DNA from: Tetragenococcus halophilus
GTDB lineage: Bacteria; Bacillota; Bacilli; Lactobacillales; Enterococcaceae
Assembly: GCF_021474685.1 (NCBI RefSeq)
Contig: NZ_JAKEIT010000001.1
Coordinates: 187,915-211,914 of the forward strand
DNA: 24,000 bases
Direction of reading: 5' to 3'
The first letter of the stretch is position 1. Every line of letters begins with the position of its first letter. Under the pieces are notes generated by a model that saw only the letters and a list, made by a program, of their open reading frames with translations, searched no databases and had not been told where the DNA came from. Below, piece by piece: positions 1 through 9,618 of the stretch. The translations under genes were made by a program, and so were the position numbers.

Positions 1-156
1 GCTTTCAGTACTACTCATTGTACTCGATTGGCTCTGTGTCGTTTGCGTTGTCTGTGTACTACTATTTTGTTCTGTCTGTTCATTTCCATTTTGCGTACAG
101 CCAACTAGCATAAAAACCGTAGCTACGGGCATAATATAAAGCAGCATTCTTTTCAT
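1..156 (-). CDS. Putative lipoprotein, N-terminal part (gene continues beyond window start)
   Basis: The minus strand reads GGAGGAG-N7-ATG (ATG at 156..154). It translates as MKRMLLYIMPVATVFMLVGCTQNG..., a signal peptide with lipobox LVGC followed by a Ser/Thr/Gln-rich linker. It is absent from the ORF track because it is truncated by the window edge. Confidence 0.6.
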   Translation of the reverse strand, partial: MKRMLLYIMPVATVFMLVGCTQNGNEQTEQNSSTQTTQTTQSQSSTMSSTES

Positions 157-254
157 AAATTTCTCCTCCTTTTTTTATACATACAGCTTTTACTTTTACC
201 CTTCTTATTATTAATATTAGACTCAATTGACAATAAACACAATAATTTCAAACT

Positions 255-282
255 AAAAAACTCGGTACAATTTAGTACCGAG
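255..282 (-). terminator. Rho-independent terminator downstream of the P-type ATPase
   Basis: 8-bp stem CTCGGTAC/GTACCGAG (261..282) followed on the minus strand by TTTTTT (260..255), 14 nt after the ATPase stop. Confidence 0.75.
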
Positions 283-295
283 ACTTTTTCTTATA

Positions 296-2992
296 CTATA
301 TTTTTCCCATCGCACGTTGAACGGCTTTAACAATTTCAACTATTGGGATAATTGCAACAGAAGCGCCTAAAACAATCGCCCATTGATACATATCCAAATG
401 AGCAACTCTAAAGATATCATTTAACCCTGGGACAATGATAATAACCATCATCATCGCAAAGGATAACAAGATCGCCCAATTGAAAGTGTGATTTTTAAAA
501 GGTCCCACTTTGAATAAAGATTGATGGACTGATTTTACGTTAAAAGCATGGAACAATTGCATCAAGCCCAGGGTCGCAAATGCCATCGTCAAAGCATCTT
601 CATGGATAGCATCATAAGTGGCATGGACCGGCCACTGAATGGCGGACCAATAAACAAACAGTACCGAAGCTGCTTCGATGATCCCCTGGTAGATGATACT
701 GCTCATCACACCGCCGGAAAAGAAATTAGACTTTTTACCCCGTGGTTTATGTTTCATCAAATTCTTTTCCGCAGGTTCCATTCCCAAAGCAATCGCCGGG
801 AAGGTATCAGTCACTAGATTAATCCACAATAAGTGAATCGGTAGTAAGGTGTCCCAAGCCATCAAAGTAGAGATAAACAACGTCAATACTTCTCCTAAAT
901 TGGCAGCCATTAGATATTGAATGGCTTTTTGAATATTAGAAAAGACTTTTCGTCCTTCTTCGACTGCAACGACGATCGTCGCAAAATTATCGTCGGCTAA
1001 TACCATATCAGAAGCGCCTTTAGAAACTTCTGTACCAGTAATGCCCATACCAATCCCGATATCAGCTTGCTTCAATGCCGGCGCGTCATTGACCCCATCA
1101 CCTGTCATGCCGACAACTTTGCCTTCTTTTTGCCAAGCACTGACAATACGCACTTTATGCTCTGGAGAAACCCGGGCATAAACCGAATATTTCCCGACAT
1201 TTTGGCTAAATTCTTCATCTGACATTTTATCCAATTGTGCACCTGTCAATACGGCATCATCATCGCCTTCTTCAATGATCCCTAAACGTCCGGCGATCGC
1301 TTCAGCCGTATCTCGGTGGTCTCCTGTAATCATGATTGGACGAATGCCCGCTCCCTTAGCTTCTCTAACAGCTTCTTCTGCTTCAGTGCGTTCTGGATCA
1401 ATCATTCCTACTAAACCAGCAAAAATTAAATCATTTTCAATTGTTTGCGGGTCCAATTTTTCTGGAACTTCGTCAATATATTTATAGGCTGTACCTAATA
1501 CACGTAAAGCTTGTCTTGCCATATTTTGGTTATTGTCAAGTACTGTTTGTTTTTCCTTTTCATCCAGTGCTTTTACTTCACCTGAAAGTAATATTTCATT
1601 GGTGCGTCCTAATAAGACATCAGGTGCGCCTTTGACAGCCACCAAGTATTTGCCATTTTTTAATTGATGGATCGTACTCATCATTTTGCGGTCTGAATCA
1701 AAAGGAATATCTGCCACACGGGGCTCTTCTTGAACGGCTTGACGCACATCAAAATGTTTATTCAAACCAAATTGTACCAAGGCCGTTTCGGTTGGATCCC
1801 CTAATAATTGTTCTTCTTTACCAAACTGTGTATCATTAGCAAAGTTCATAATTTTAAGTGCCATATTATCTTGCGGGATTTCCTCTGAAGCTGCATATTG
1901 ATGATCATCTACATACAGTTTTTCGACCGTCATCTGATTTAGCGTCAATGTTCCTGTTTTATCCGAAGCGATAATATCCGTTGCACCCAGTGTTTCAACT
2001 GCTGGTAATTTTCTGATCATTGAATTACGTTTGGATAATACTTGGGTACCCAAGGCTAAAATAATCGTAACAATCGCCGGTAGTCCTTCTGGAATCGCGG
2101 CAACTGCCAAGGAGATAGATGTTAATAACATATCCACCCAGCCACGGTCATTGAGCCCTGTTCCTACAAAAAACATCACCACCGCAATCGCAATAATCGC
2201 ATAAGTTAAGAATTTCCCTAATTGATTGAGGTTACGTTTTAATGGTGTTTGGGTTTCATCGGCCGAAGCGATCATGCCGGCGATTTTCCCTACTTCTGTG
2301 GACATCCCCGTATTCACTATGACCCCTTTGCCCCGGCCGTAAGTTACATTACTATTGGAATAGGCCATGTTCACACGATCGCCAATACCGATATCTTCGC
2401 CATCCAGCACGCCAGTATGCTTTTCAACAGGAACCGACTCACCTGTGAGGGCGGATTCCTCAATTTTTAACGTACTGGCTTCTAACAGACGCATATCAGC
2501 TGGGACAACATCGCCTGCTTCTAGTAAAATAATGTCCCCCGGTACAAGCTTTTCACTATTGATCGTCACCCGATGACCATTACGTAAAACATTGGCTTCG
2601 GGTGTAGACATTTCTCGTAAGGCCTCGATTGCTTGTTCAGCTTTGGATTCTTGCACAACCCCCATGACAGCGTTAATCACAACAACTGCTAAAATGATGA
2701 TCGCGTCAACCCATTCTCTATGGCCTTCTTCATTGGGAACCACTGCAGAAATAGCTGCGGCTACTAATAGCACAATGATCATAAAGTCTTTGAATTGAGC
2801 AATAAATTTTTGTAAGGTAGACGTCGTTTTGCCCTCTTCTAACTCATTTGTCCCGTATTCTGACAAGCGTTGTTGCGCTTGATCATCTGTAAGTCCTTCT
2901 GCAGTTGTATCAAGCTCATCTAATACTTCCTCAGCATTTTGAGCATAAAAAGCTTGTGCTATTTGAACTTTTTTTTCATTTTCTTCTGGCAT
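296..2992 (-). CDS. PII-type cation-transporting P-type ATPase (Ca2+/Mn2+ class, PacL/YloB/MgtA-like)
   Basis: 898 aa. Motifs: TGES actuator, DKTGTLT phosphorylation site, IPEGLPA ion-site motif in M4, TGDGVNDAPAL hinge, and about 10 hydrophobic segments. GGAGGAG RBS upstream of the ATG. Confidence 0.93.
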   Translation of the reverse strand: MPEENEKKVQIAQAFYAQNAEEVLDELDTTAEGLTDDQAQQRLSEYGTNELEEGKTTSTLQKFIAQFKDFMIIVLLVAAAISAVVPNEEGHREWVDAIIILAVVVINAVMGVVQESKAEQAIEALREMSTPEANVLRNGHRVTINSEKLVPGDIILLEAGDVVPADMRLLEASTLKIEESALTGESVPVEKHTGVLDGEDIGIGDRVNMAYSNSNVTYGRGKGVIVNTGMSTEVGKIAGMIASADETQTPLKRNLNQLGKFLTYAIIAIAVVMFFVGTGLNDRGWVDMLLTSISLAVAAIPEGLPAIVTIILALGTQVLSKRNSMIRKLPAVETLGATDIIASDKTGTLTLNQMTVEKLYVDDHQYAASEEIPQDNMALKIMNFANDTQFGKEEQLLGDPTETALVQFGLNKHFDVRQAVQEEPRVADIPFDSDRKMMSTIHQLKNGKYLVAVKGAPDVLLGRTNEILLSGEVKALDEKEKQTVLDNNQNMARQALRVLGTAYKYIDEVPEKLDPQTIENDLIFAGLVGMIDPERTEAEEAVREAKGAGIRPIMITGDHRDTAEAIAGRLGIIEEGDDDAVLTGAQLDKMSDEEFSQNVGKYSVYARVSPEHKVRIVSAWQKEGKVVGMTGDGVNDAPALKQADIGIGMGITGTEVSKGASDMVLADDNFATIVVAVEEGRKVFSNIQKAIQYLMAANLGEVLTLFISTLMAWDTLLPIHLLWINLVTDTFPAIALGMEPAEKNLMKHKPRGKKSNFFSGGVMSSIIYQGIIEAASVLFVYWSAIQWPVHATYDAIHEDALTMAFATLGLMQLFHAFNVKSVHQSLFKVGPFKNHTFNWAILLSFAMMMVIIIVPGLNDIFRVAHLDMYQWAIVLGASVAIIPIVEIVKAVQRAMGKI

Positions 2993-3028
2993 TGCTCTCC
3001 TCCTCTGTGTTTATCACACAAATCTATC

Positions 3029-3165
3029 AAAAAAAATAGACTTGTGTATGCCAAAAACATACATAAGTCTCACTAATTAAGGCAACACCAGAAATTTCTT
3101 CCAGGGTTGGTGATGTTGCCACAGCTTATTTACTGCTAGTTACTCCCTTATGAAAAATTGTTGAT
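3029..3165 (-). promoter_or_regulatory. Probable yybP-ykoY (Mn2+) riboswitch leader with intrinsic terminator
   Basis: The minus strand after the promoter reads AAGGGAGUAAC...GGCAACAUCACC...GGUGUUGCC...AGUGAGACUUAUGUAUG-UUUUUGG-CAUACACAAGUCU-AUUUUUUUU. GGGAGUA, UGAGAC and CAAGUC resemble the conserved L1/L3 strands of yybP-ykoY recalled from memory. The terminator hairpin is at 3038..3070 plus a U8 run. The family is known to control P-type ATPases in Lactococcus and Streptococcus. Not verified with a covariance model. Confidence 0.5.
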
Positions 3166-3171
3166 AAAAGT

Positions 3172-3200
3172 ATTATACAAGATGTTTACCAGCATTACAA
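3172..3200 (-). promoter_or_regulatory. Sigma-A promoter for the riboswitch/ATPase transcript
   Basis: Minus strand TTGTAA (3200..3195), 17-nt spacer, TATAAT (3177..3172). Confidence 0.6.
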
Positions 3201-3386
3201 TTTTTAAAATACTATTATTTAAAAAAATGCGTTTACTTTAATATAAGTTACAACCTACATATTATAAAAAATATTCGAACGAAAGTGACTAGTTCTGTCT
3301 TTATCGCAATTTGCGAACACTGACGAACCTTATCAAACATCGTTCGAATATTTTTAGCTTGTTTTTATCATATTACATCACTAGTT

Positions 3387-5429
<2,043 letters not shown>

Positions 5430-5576
5430 TCATACTTTTGATAGTATAACATAATTTTACTTGCCTTGTTTTATTTTTTCTATGCTGATTTCCTATTTTC
5501 TTATGATTAAAAAATATTTTTGAGTTAAAAACAACTTTTGCTATAATGTATCTAGTCTAATTTTTAAGGAGATCTT

Positions 5577-5849
5577 ATGACCACAAAACAAAAAAAATCT
5601 GTTATTATCATTTTTATACTTACTATCTTGCATACTGTATTTTGTAACTTTTATACGCAAATCTATGCTTTCATGAATGTACAAAATTGGCTTTCACTAT
5701 TTATAGCCCTTACACTCATTTTACGATTGTTACTATTAATTGCTTTATTTTGGCTAGGTTTGCGCGCAATACAAAAAAATAAAAAGATCGCTTTGTTCTA
5801 TATACTTTTATTTTTCTTTAACTTAGTCATGTCTTTTATTTTTTATTAA
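5577..5849 (+). CDS. Small hydrophobic membrane protein (3 predicted TM segments), unknown function
   Basis: AAGGAG RBS 6 nt upstream of the ATG. TGcTATAAT extended -10 at 5539..5547. 90 aa, strongly hydrophobic. I recognise no family. Confidence 0.5.
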   Translation: MTTKQKKSVIIIFILTILHTVFCNFYTQIYAFMNVQNWLSLFIALTLILRLLLLIALFWLGLRAIQKNKKIALFYILLFFFNLVMSFIFY

Positions 5850-5934
5850 AGTTACTTTTTCATATGCTACAATACTAACGCAATTAACGCAAAACATTAT
5901 AACTGTGTATTTGCTAAAAAAGTGAGGGAAAGCT

Positions 5935-6756
5935 ATGGAATTCTCTTCTAAACAAGAAGAAAAACATTATTACCAGCATATCGCAAGTGAACAAGAGTTT
6001 TTAGCATGGCATAAAAACCAAGACCATCCAATGTATCAAAAACCTTCTGTTACTGTCGATATGGTTTTACTCTGTTATAACAAAGATACCGATCAGATCA
6101 AAGTGTTATTAATCCAGCGGCGCAAAAATCCTTATCGTAATTCTTGGGCTTTACCAGGAGGATTTATGACACCAAATGAATCAACAGACGATAGCGTCAT
6201 TCGTGAAACAAAAGAAGAAACCGGCGTAACTATTTCTGAAAAAAATATCGAACAACTACATACTTTTAGTACACCTGACCGCGACCCGCGAGGTTGGGTG
6301 ATTACCGTTAGCTATTTAGCTTTTATCGGAGAAGCGATACTTTCGGCTGGCGATGATGCAAATCAAGCACGTTGGTTTTCTTTAGAACGTAAAAATAACC
6401 GTCTCTACCTTACAAGCGGCGACACAAAAATTATTCTTGATCTAAAAACCCAAGCATCTTTAGGAGAAGATACCTTGGCATTTGACCACAGTCAAATTAT
6501 CATCAAAGCTTTTAACCGCATTGTAAATAAAATGGATCATGAACCACAAGTCTTGCAAGTTTTGGGGGATACTTTCACAATCACAGAAGCACGGAAGGTT
6601 TTTGCCAAATTTCTAGGCGTAGACTATCACTCCATTGATCATTCAAACTTCAAAAAAAGTTTAATTGGATTTTTAAAGGAAGTAGGAGAACGACCAGCCA
6701 GTATAGGCCGTCCTTCAAAACTTTATCAGTTAAAAGAAAATTTTCGTGAAAAATAA
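5935..6756 (+). CDS. NrtR-like Nudix hydrolase / winged-helix protein (ADP-ribose pyrophosphatase-type)
   Basis: Intact Nudix box GGFMTPNESTDDSVIRETKEETG (Gx5Ex7REx2EExG). N-terminal extension and about 90-aa C-terminal domain laid out as in the NrtR family. GAGGGAAAG RBS. TGcTACAAT extended -10 at 5865..5873. Confidence 0.75.
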   Translation: MEFSSKQEEKHYYQHIASEQEFLAWHKNQDHPMYQKPSVTVDMVLLCYNKDTDQIKVLLIQRRKNPYRNSWALPGGFMTPNESTDDSVIRETKEETGVTISEKNIEQLHTFSTPDRDPRGWVITVSYLAFIGEAILSAGDDANQARWFSLERKNNRLYLTSGDTKIILDLKTQASLGEDTLAFDHSQIIIKAFNRIVNKMDHEPQVLQVLGDTFTITEARKVFAKFLGVDYHSIDHSNFKKSLIGFLKEVGERPASIGRPSKLYQLKENFREK

Positions 6757-6806
6757 AAATGCCTATCCATTGTTTTGAAAACCCAAAATAATGGATAGGT
6801 ATTTTT
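6756..6806. terminator. Bidirectional terminator between the Nudix gene and mgtE
   Basis: 10-bp stem CCTATCCATT (6762..6771) / AATGGATAGG (6790..6799), with an A-run on the left and a T-run on the right. Confidence 0.8.
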
Positions 6807-6841
6807 ACAAAATTATTTAAAATAATATAACGTAAAATGAG

Positions 6842-8203
6842 TTAAAGAACGTGTATTAAACTGGTTGCGATACTGAAATAAAGCATTAAGCCTAAAGCAT
6901 CATTTATTGTGGTAATAAAAGGTCCACTAGCTACAGCTGGATCTACATGCAGCTTATCTGCAATCGCAGGAATAACAGCGCCCACTACAGTAGAAAAAGA
7001 TATAGTAAACCACAAAGAAATGCCAACAATAAATGCTAAAGTTACATTTTGATAAAAAATTGCTATTACTAAAAAGATAACAATCGCCGCGGCAATTCCT
7101 ATTAATATACCAGCACCAAACTCTTTTCTGATCGTCTTCCAAAGACTTTGTTTTTCATCTTTTTCTACATTTAAATTTCGTACAGAAACTGCCAATGACT
7201 GCGTGCCTACATTGCCTGCTGTATCCATCATCACAGGAATAAATGCGGCGAGTAACACAACTGATTCTAATGTTTCTTCAAAAGAACTGATCAATCCACC
7301 ATTAAGCATACCAAGAAAAATCAAAATAACAATCCAAGGTGCACGTTCTTTAGCTGTTTGTAGCGCGCTTTCTTCCTTAGGTTTATCACTGCGACGAATT
7401 GCCGCAATATCTCTAAAGTCTTCTGTAACCTCATTTTCGAGTATATCCATAACATCATCCACGGTAACAATACCTATCATAGTATCATTATCTTCAACCA
7501 CCGGTGCTGCTAATAAATCGTAATCTTGGATTATTCGTGCAACTTCTTCTTGGTCCATGTCAACTGGAACAGAAACCACTTGCCTAGACATAACATTTTG
7601 CATGATTTCATTTTCCGGTGCCAAAATCAAATTACGTAAAGACAAGACGCCCACTAAATCAGCTTGATTATCCAGTACATAAATATAGTAAATTGTTTCT
7701 GCTTTATTTCCTATTTCTCGAAGAAAAGCAATCACTTCGCTTGCTTTTTGATTCTGATTAACTGAAACGAATTCTTTCGTCATTATCGACCCAGCAGTTT
7801 CAAACTGATAGGATAACAACTCTTCTACTCTTAAACGTTTTTTTTCATGCATCAAGCCCAATGGATAACCTTGCTCTATATTAGAAGACTGTTTTAAAAA
7901 CTTCACCACATCATCTGTAGGCATAGTGTTAAATAATTTTGTTAAAAATGCTTTGGGGAAATAATTAACAACATACTCTTGATCTTCAATAGACATCCAT
8001 TCAAAAAGATCTGAAAATTCTTCCGGGGTCAAAAAATTTGCGATCTTTTGTTTTTTTTCGGGATATAATAGATGAAATACCTCATGTTGATCTCGGTCAT
8101 GCAAGCGTAAAAATAACTTACGAAATGATTTACGATCATTTTTCTTTGCAGCGCGATAAATTGCGTCATAGTATTGGTTTTTATTTAACTTAAGTTTTTC
8201 CAT
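6842..8203 (-). CDS. mgtE: Magnesium transporter MgtE
   Basis: 453 aa. MgtE N-domain, tandem CBS region, and C-terminal 5-TM domain with DTAGNVGTQS and PFITTINDALG motifs. GGAGGAAT RBS. Confidence 0.95.
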   Translation of the reverse strand: MEKLKLNKNQYYDAIYRAAKKNDRKSFRKLFLRLHDRDQHEVFHLLYPEKKQKIANFLTPEEFSDLFEWMSIEDQEYVVNYFPKAFLTKLFNTMPTDDVVKFLKQSSNIEQGYPLGLMHEKKRLRVEELLSYQFETAGSIMTKEFVSVNQNQKASEVIAFLREIGNKAETIYYIYVLDNQADLVGVLSLRNLILAPENEIMQNVMSRQVVSVPVDMDQEEVARIIQDYDLLAAPVVEDNDTMIGIVTVDDVMDILENEVTEDFRDIAAIRRSDKPKEESALQTAKERAPWIVILIFLGMLNGGLISSFEETLESVVLLAAFIPVMMDTAGNVGTQSLAVSVRNLNVEKDEKQSLWKTIRKEFGAGILIGIAAAIVIFLVIAIFYQNVTLAFIVGISLWFTISFSTVVGAVIPAIADKLHVDPAVASGPFITTINDALGLMLYFSIATSLIHVL

Positions 8204-8309
8204 TTCTATTCCTCCTCTAAGCTAAGGAGAAGTTACAGTGCTTGACTTCCAGCTAAAAACTCAATATTATGCTATGCATTCTACAAAAATATTTACCTCC
8301 TTTTCTATG

Positions 8310-9065
8310 TCACATAAATCATAACCACCCTTCAAAAGGGTGGTTTGCTCTGGGGCTATAAGCCCCCAATACTAGCCAGCGTCTCAAGGCGCTGGCTTTC
8401 ACTTTGTTCAAGCCACACTGGTTTTGTCGCTTTTGCTACCTCTCAAGAGGTGTTTTTATCACTCTCTAACCCTTAAAAGGGTCTGCATATTCTCGAACAC
8501 TTAGTTTATCTAAGGCCATATCATGTTTTTCTTGCTCTTGAATATATTTCTTGATGGTTGCCTCATTAAGACCCACTGTGCTCACATAATAACCTTCTGC
8601 CCAAAAATGACGATTCCCAAATTTGTACTTCAAATTGGCATGTTTATCAAACATCATCATGGCGCTTTTTCCTTTTAAATACCCCATAAAGCTAGAAATA
8701 CTTATCTTCGGTGGTATACTTACGAGCAAGTGAACATGATCGGGCATCATATGTCCTTCTAGGATTTCTACACCTTTATAACTGCACAATCTTTTGATAA
8801 TCTCTTGTAGACTTGCTCTGTATTGATTATAAACAATTTTTCTTCTATACTTGGGGGTGAATACAATATGGTATTTGCATAACCATTTTGTATGGGCTAA
8901 ACTATTTGCTTTGTTAGCCAACTGAATCTCTTCCTTTCATTACCATGTAGCCTGAACAACTACATTGTAACGCTAGTGAAGAGATTTTTTTAGTATAACT
9001 TTTTCCTTTCCACCCGCATAGCGGGTGGTTTTTTGTTTCGCACGCTACGCGAGCTCAACCCGGTC
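8310..9065 (-). mobile_element. IS200-type insertion sequence (IS200/IS605 family, tnpA only); boundaries approximate
   Basis: A Y1-transposase gene is flanked by subterminal hairpins sharing the AACCACCC arm: CCACCCGC-ATA-GCGGGTGG (9011..9029, left end) and ACCACCCTT-CAAA-AGGGTGGT (8323..8345, right end). Three more hairpins lie at 8350..8450. There are no terminal inverted repeats, as expected for this family. About 750 bp, typical of IS200. Confidence 0.8.
8466..8921 (-). CDS. tnpA: IS200/IS605-family Y1 (HUH) transposase TnpA
   Basis: 151 aa, TTG start. HUH motif PDHVHLLVSIPP. Catalytic-Tyr helix ATIKKYIQEQE. N-terminus AHTKWLCKYHIVFTPKYRRK is typical of IS200 TnpA. Confidence 0.95.
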   Translation of the reverse strand: MANKANSLAHTKWLCKYHIVFTPKYRRKIVYNQYRASLQEIIKRLCSYKGVEILEGHMMPDHVHLLVSIPPKISISSFMGYLKGKSAMMMFDKHANLKYKFGNRHFWAEGYYVSTVGLNEATIKKYIQEQEKHDMALDKLSVREYADPFKG

Positions 9066-9074
9066 TAAAGACTT

Positions 9075-9295
9075 AATAAAAAACACGCTTCTAAGAGCGT
9101 GTTTACCTTACGATATTGTATATATTTGCAAAGCACACCTCTTCGTTGAGTTTTGGCTCAATACAGCCTAGGGATTTAACCCAGCTACGTTAAAAACTCC
9201 TTAGGTCGGACATTTTTGTTAACCACGTTGGCATCTTTCGATATTTCCGGGCAGTAGCATTCCTCTGTATAGTAACCTCACCTAACAGGCTAATT
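9075..9295 (-). promoter_or_regulatory. M-box (ykoK leader) Mg2+ riboswitch with intrinsic terminator
   Basis: The minus strand reads GUUAGGUGAGG..CUACUGCCC..AAAGAUGCCAACGUGGUUAACA..CCUAAGGAGUUUUUAACGUAGCUGG..GGCUGUAUUGAGCCAAAACUCAACGA. This is colinear with the B. subtilis mgtE M-box (GUUAGGUGAGGCU..CUGCUGCCC..AAAGACGCUAAUGGGUCAACAG..AUAAGGUGAUUUUUAAUGCAGCUGG..GCCAUACAGUGCUAAAGCUCUACGA). The terminator is AAACACGCT/AGCGTGTTT (9081..9104) plus a U-run. Confidence 0.9.
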
Positions 9296-9311
9296 TTATT
9301 TTACCGGCCCC

Positions 9312-9340
9312 AATATAACCTTTATTTATAGTTATGTCAA
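9312..9340 (-). promoter_or_regulatory. Sigma-A promoter driving the M-box leader
   Basis: Minus strand TTGACA (9340..9335), 17-nt spacer, TATATT (9317..9312), about 15 nt upstream of the aptamer. Confidence 0.7.
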
Positions 9341-9391
9341 CGATAGAAGTGTAAAGTTGTACTAAACTTTCACTTATTTAGTATATTTTGC

Positions 9392-9428
9392 AAAAAAGGC
9401 TGTTTCCTTGTCGTAAAACAGCCTTTTT
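9392..9428. terminator. Bidirectional intrinsic terminator closing the opp-tldR-gRNA transcription unit
   Basis: 8-bp stem GGCTGTTT (9398..9405) / AAACAGCC (9416..9423), flanked by A6 (9392..9397) and T5 (9424..9428). Confidence 0.85.
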
Positions 9429-9618
9429 ATGGTTTTTATAATTAGTGAACAACATTCCTAGAAACAAAAATCTTAAAGATTTTTTCTATACCCTAGGCGA
9501 TCCCTGGCGTTCCTTCCAGTTCCTAACGATTTTAACTACTAGTTATCTGCTGGCCCAACTGCTCAATAGCAAAGCATTTGTCTTCACTTTCTTTTACGTT
9601 AGGAGTAACAAATGCCAG
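9429..9618 (-). ncRNA. Candidate omega-RNA-like guide RNA of the TnpB-derived protein (scaffold overlapping the ORF 3' end plus 3' guide segment)
   Basis: The position matches TnpB omega-RNAs: it starts inside the 3' end of the ORF and runs downstream. TGGTATAAT extended -10 at 9633..9625. Stem GCATTTGT/ACAAATGC (9615..9608 with 9581..9574). Long imperfect hairpin at 9497..9457. Then 28 nt AAUGUUGUUCACUAAUUAUAAAAACCAU (9456..9429), apparently unstructured (no self-complementarity seen by eye), directly before the terminator. No covariance-model or expression evidence is available. Confidence 0.4.

Noticed and set aside
3070-3079. 10-mer identity (TCACTAATTA) between the candidate guide segment and the ATPase leader. 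Also a 9-mer plus partial match in metG (about 4447..4460, minus strand) and the 10-mer TATAGAAAAA at 16968..16977
   Set aside because: For a query of about 30-200 nt against 48 kb of AT-rich sequence, several 9-10-mer matches are expected by chance. The flanks do not extend the matches, no T-rich TAM-like motif precedes them, and one lies in the scaffold hairpin rather than the guide.
9075-9310. The promoter-to-terminator, about 230-nt structured RNA downstream of the TnpB-like gene as its guide RNA
   Set aside because: It aligns block by block with the M-box (ykoK/mgtE leader) Mg2+ riboswitch and belongs to mgtE. The guide-RNA candidate is the segment between the ORF 3' end and the terminator at 9392..9428.
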